A stretch of 64,000 nucleotides of DNA from assembly GCA_036785375.1 (NCBI GenBank), contig JAWMAR010000353.1:2418001-2482000 (forward strand), read 5' to 3'. The stretch comes from Leucoraja ocellata (taxonomy: Eukaryota). The notes under the pieces are model-generated. The model worked only from the letters and a program-made list of their open reading frames with translations, made no database searches and was not told where the DNA came from. Positions 61,615 to 64,000 of the stretch are shown piece by piece; positions within the stretch are counted from its first letter, which is position 1; each line of letters opens with the position of its first letter. Position numbers and translations under genes: made by a program.

Positions 61615-62490
61615 ATAGAAACATAGACATTAGGTGCAGGAGTAGGCCATTCGGCCCTTCGAGCCTGCACCACCATTCAATATGATCATGGCTGATCATC
61701 CAACTCAGTATCCCGTACCTGCCTTCTCTCCATACCCTCTGATCCCCTTAGCTACAGGGGCCACATCTAACTCCCTCTTAAATATAGCCAATGAACTTGC
61801 CTCAACTACCCTCTGTGGCAGAGAGTTCCACAGATTCACCACTCTCTGTGTGAAAAACGTTTTTCTCATCTCGGTTTTAAAGGATTTCCCCCTTATCCTT
61901 AAGCTGTGACCCCTTGTCCTGGACTTCCCCAACATCAGGAACAATCTTCCTGTATCTAGCCTCTCCAACCACTTAAGAATTTTGTAAGTTTCTATAAGAT
62001 CCCCTCTCAATCTCCTAAATTCTAGAGAGTATAAACCAAGTCTACCCAGTCTTTCTTCATAAGACAGTCCTGACATCCCAGGAATCAGTCTGGTGAACCT
62101 TCTCTGCACTCCATCTATGGCAATAATTTCCTTCCTCAGATTTGGAGAACAAAACTGAACCCAATACTCCAGGTGTGGTCTCACCAAGACCCTGTACAAC
62201 TGCAGTAGAACCTCCCTGCTCCTATACTCAAATCCTTTTGCTATGAATTTTAAAGACCTCTATCAAGTCCCCCCCTTAACCTTCTGCGTTCCAAAGAATA
62301 AATACCTAACTTGTTCAACCTTTCTCTGTAACTTAGTTGCTGAAACACAGTCAACATTCTAGTAAATCTCCTCTGTACTCTCTCTATTTTGTTGATGTCC
62401 TTCCTATAATTAGGCGACCAAAATTGTACATCATACTGCAGAATTGGCCTCACCAATGCCTTGTACAATTTTAACATTACATCCCAACTT
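61615..62490 (-). mobile_element. Two abutting CR1 3' fragments
   Basis: ORFs 61705-62199 and 62250-62477. Confidence 0.9.
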
Positions 62491-64000
62491 TAAAGGGGAA
62501 ATTTTAAGAGTACAGAATCTTTATGTTCCTGGTCGGTTGAAAGGAAACAGTAAAAATTGGAAAGAGCCCTGGTTTTCAAGGGAAATTGGACATCTTGTTC
62601 AGAAAAAGAGGGAGATCTACAATAATTATAGGCAGCATGAAGTAAATGAGGTGCTTGAGGAGTATAAGGAATGCAAAAAGGAGCTTAAGAAAGAAATTAG
62701 AAAAGCTAAAAGAAGATATGAGGTTGCTTTGGCAAGTAAGGTGAAAGTAAATCCAAAGGGTTTCTACAGCTATATTAATAGCAAAAGGATAACGAGGGAT
62801 AAAATTGGTCCATTGGAGAGACAGAGTAGACAGTTATCTGCAGAGCCAAAAGAGATGGGGGAGATATTGAACAATTTTTTTTCTTCGGTATTCACCAAGG
62901 AGAAGGATATTGCATTATGTGAGGTAAGGGAAACTAGTAGAGTAGCTATGGATACTATGAGGTTCAAAGTAAAAGAAGTACTGACACTTTTGAAAAATAT
63001 AAAAGTGGATAAGTCTCCAGGTACTGACAGGATATTCCCTAGGACATTGAGGGAAGTTAGTGTAGAAATAGCCGGGGCTATGACAGAAATATTTCAAATG
63101 TCATTAGAAACGGGAATAGTCCCCGAGGATTGGCGTACTGCACATGTTGTTCCATTGTTTGAAAAGGGTTCTAAGAGTAAACCTAGCAATTATAGACCTG
63201 TTAGTTTGACTTCAGTGGTGGGCAAATTAATGGAAAAGATACTTAGAGATAATATATATAAGCATCTGGATAAACAGGGTCTGATTAGGAACAGTCAACA
63301 TGGATTTGTGCCTGGAAGGTCATGTTTGACTAATCTTCTTGAATTTTTTGAAGAGGTTACTAGGGAAATTGACGAGGGTAAAGCAGTGGATGTTGTATAT
63401 ATCGACTTCAGTAAGGCCTTTGACAAGGTTCCTCATGGAAGGTTGGTTAAGAAGGTTCAACTGTTGGGTATAAATGCAGGAATAGCAAGATGGATTCAAC
63501 AGTGGCTGAATGGGAGAAGCCAGAGGGTAATGGTGGATGGCTGTTTATCGGGTTGGAGGCAGGTGACTAGTGGGGTGCCTCAGGGATCTGTGTTGGCTCC
63601 TTTGTTATTTGTCATGTACATCAATGATCTGGATGAAGGTGTGGTAAATTGGATTAGTAAGTATGCAGATGATACCAAGATAGGGGGTGTTGTGGATAAT
63701 GTAGATGATTTCCAAAGTCTACAGGGTGGTTTAGGCCATTTGGAAAAATGGGCTGAAAGATGGCAGATGGAGTTTAATGCTGATAAATGTGAGGTGCTAC
63801 ACCTTGGCAGGACAAATCAAAATAGAACGTACATGGTAAATGGTAGGGAATTGAAGAATACAGTTGAACAGAGGGATCTGGGTATAACCGTGCATAGTTC
63901 CTAGAAGGTGGAATCTCGTATAGATAGGGTGGTAAAGAAAGCTTTTGTTGTGCTAGCCTTTATAAATCAGAGCATTGAGTATAGAAGCTGGGATGTAATG
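62491..64000 (+). mobile_element. CR1 LINE ORF2 (RT), long open frame with a stop at 63904
   Basis: DWRTAHVVPLF, YIDFSKAFDKVPH, SGVPQGSVL, KYADDTKI. Confidence 0.96.

Overview
Repeat-dominated vertebrate genomic DNA with several N gaps. The repeat families and gene style suggest a cartilaginous fish (skate/ray-like); this is an inference. The first 13 kb is an octamer satellite, CTATGT(G/C)T, whose giant ORFs are artefacts. The rest is a dense nest of CR1, Rex1/Babar, L1/Tx1, Penelope-like, DIRS1-like and Gypsy fragments, SINEs and minisatellites. Host-gene content is an immune butyrophilin/B30.2 neighbourhood: a plus-strand butyrophilin-like gene (leader, IgV, IgC with a 1-nt frameshift, TM and coiled-coil exons), a divergently oriented butyrophilin-like pseudogene whose IgV exon is split by a Rex1 LINE, and an intact B30.2/PRY-SPRY terminal exon. 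There are also orphan exons of a CAMSAP (CKK domain) gene and of TDP2. Three non-obvious structures stand out: (1) a ~139-nt non-autonomous retroposon whose 5' end is exactly a minimal HDV-like ribozyme fold (51929-51981, minus strand); (2) a family of 22-36 bp CAAAGAT...ATCTTTG hairpins with 8-bp target duplications that resemble P-element-type excision footprints; (3) a 1.1-kb miniature DIRS1 element with intact inverted termini and internal complementary region. All family assignments come from motif recognition, not database searches.
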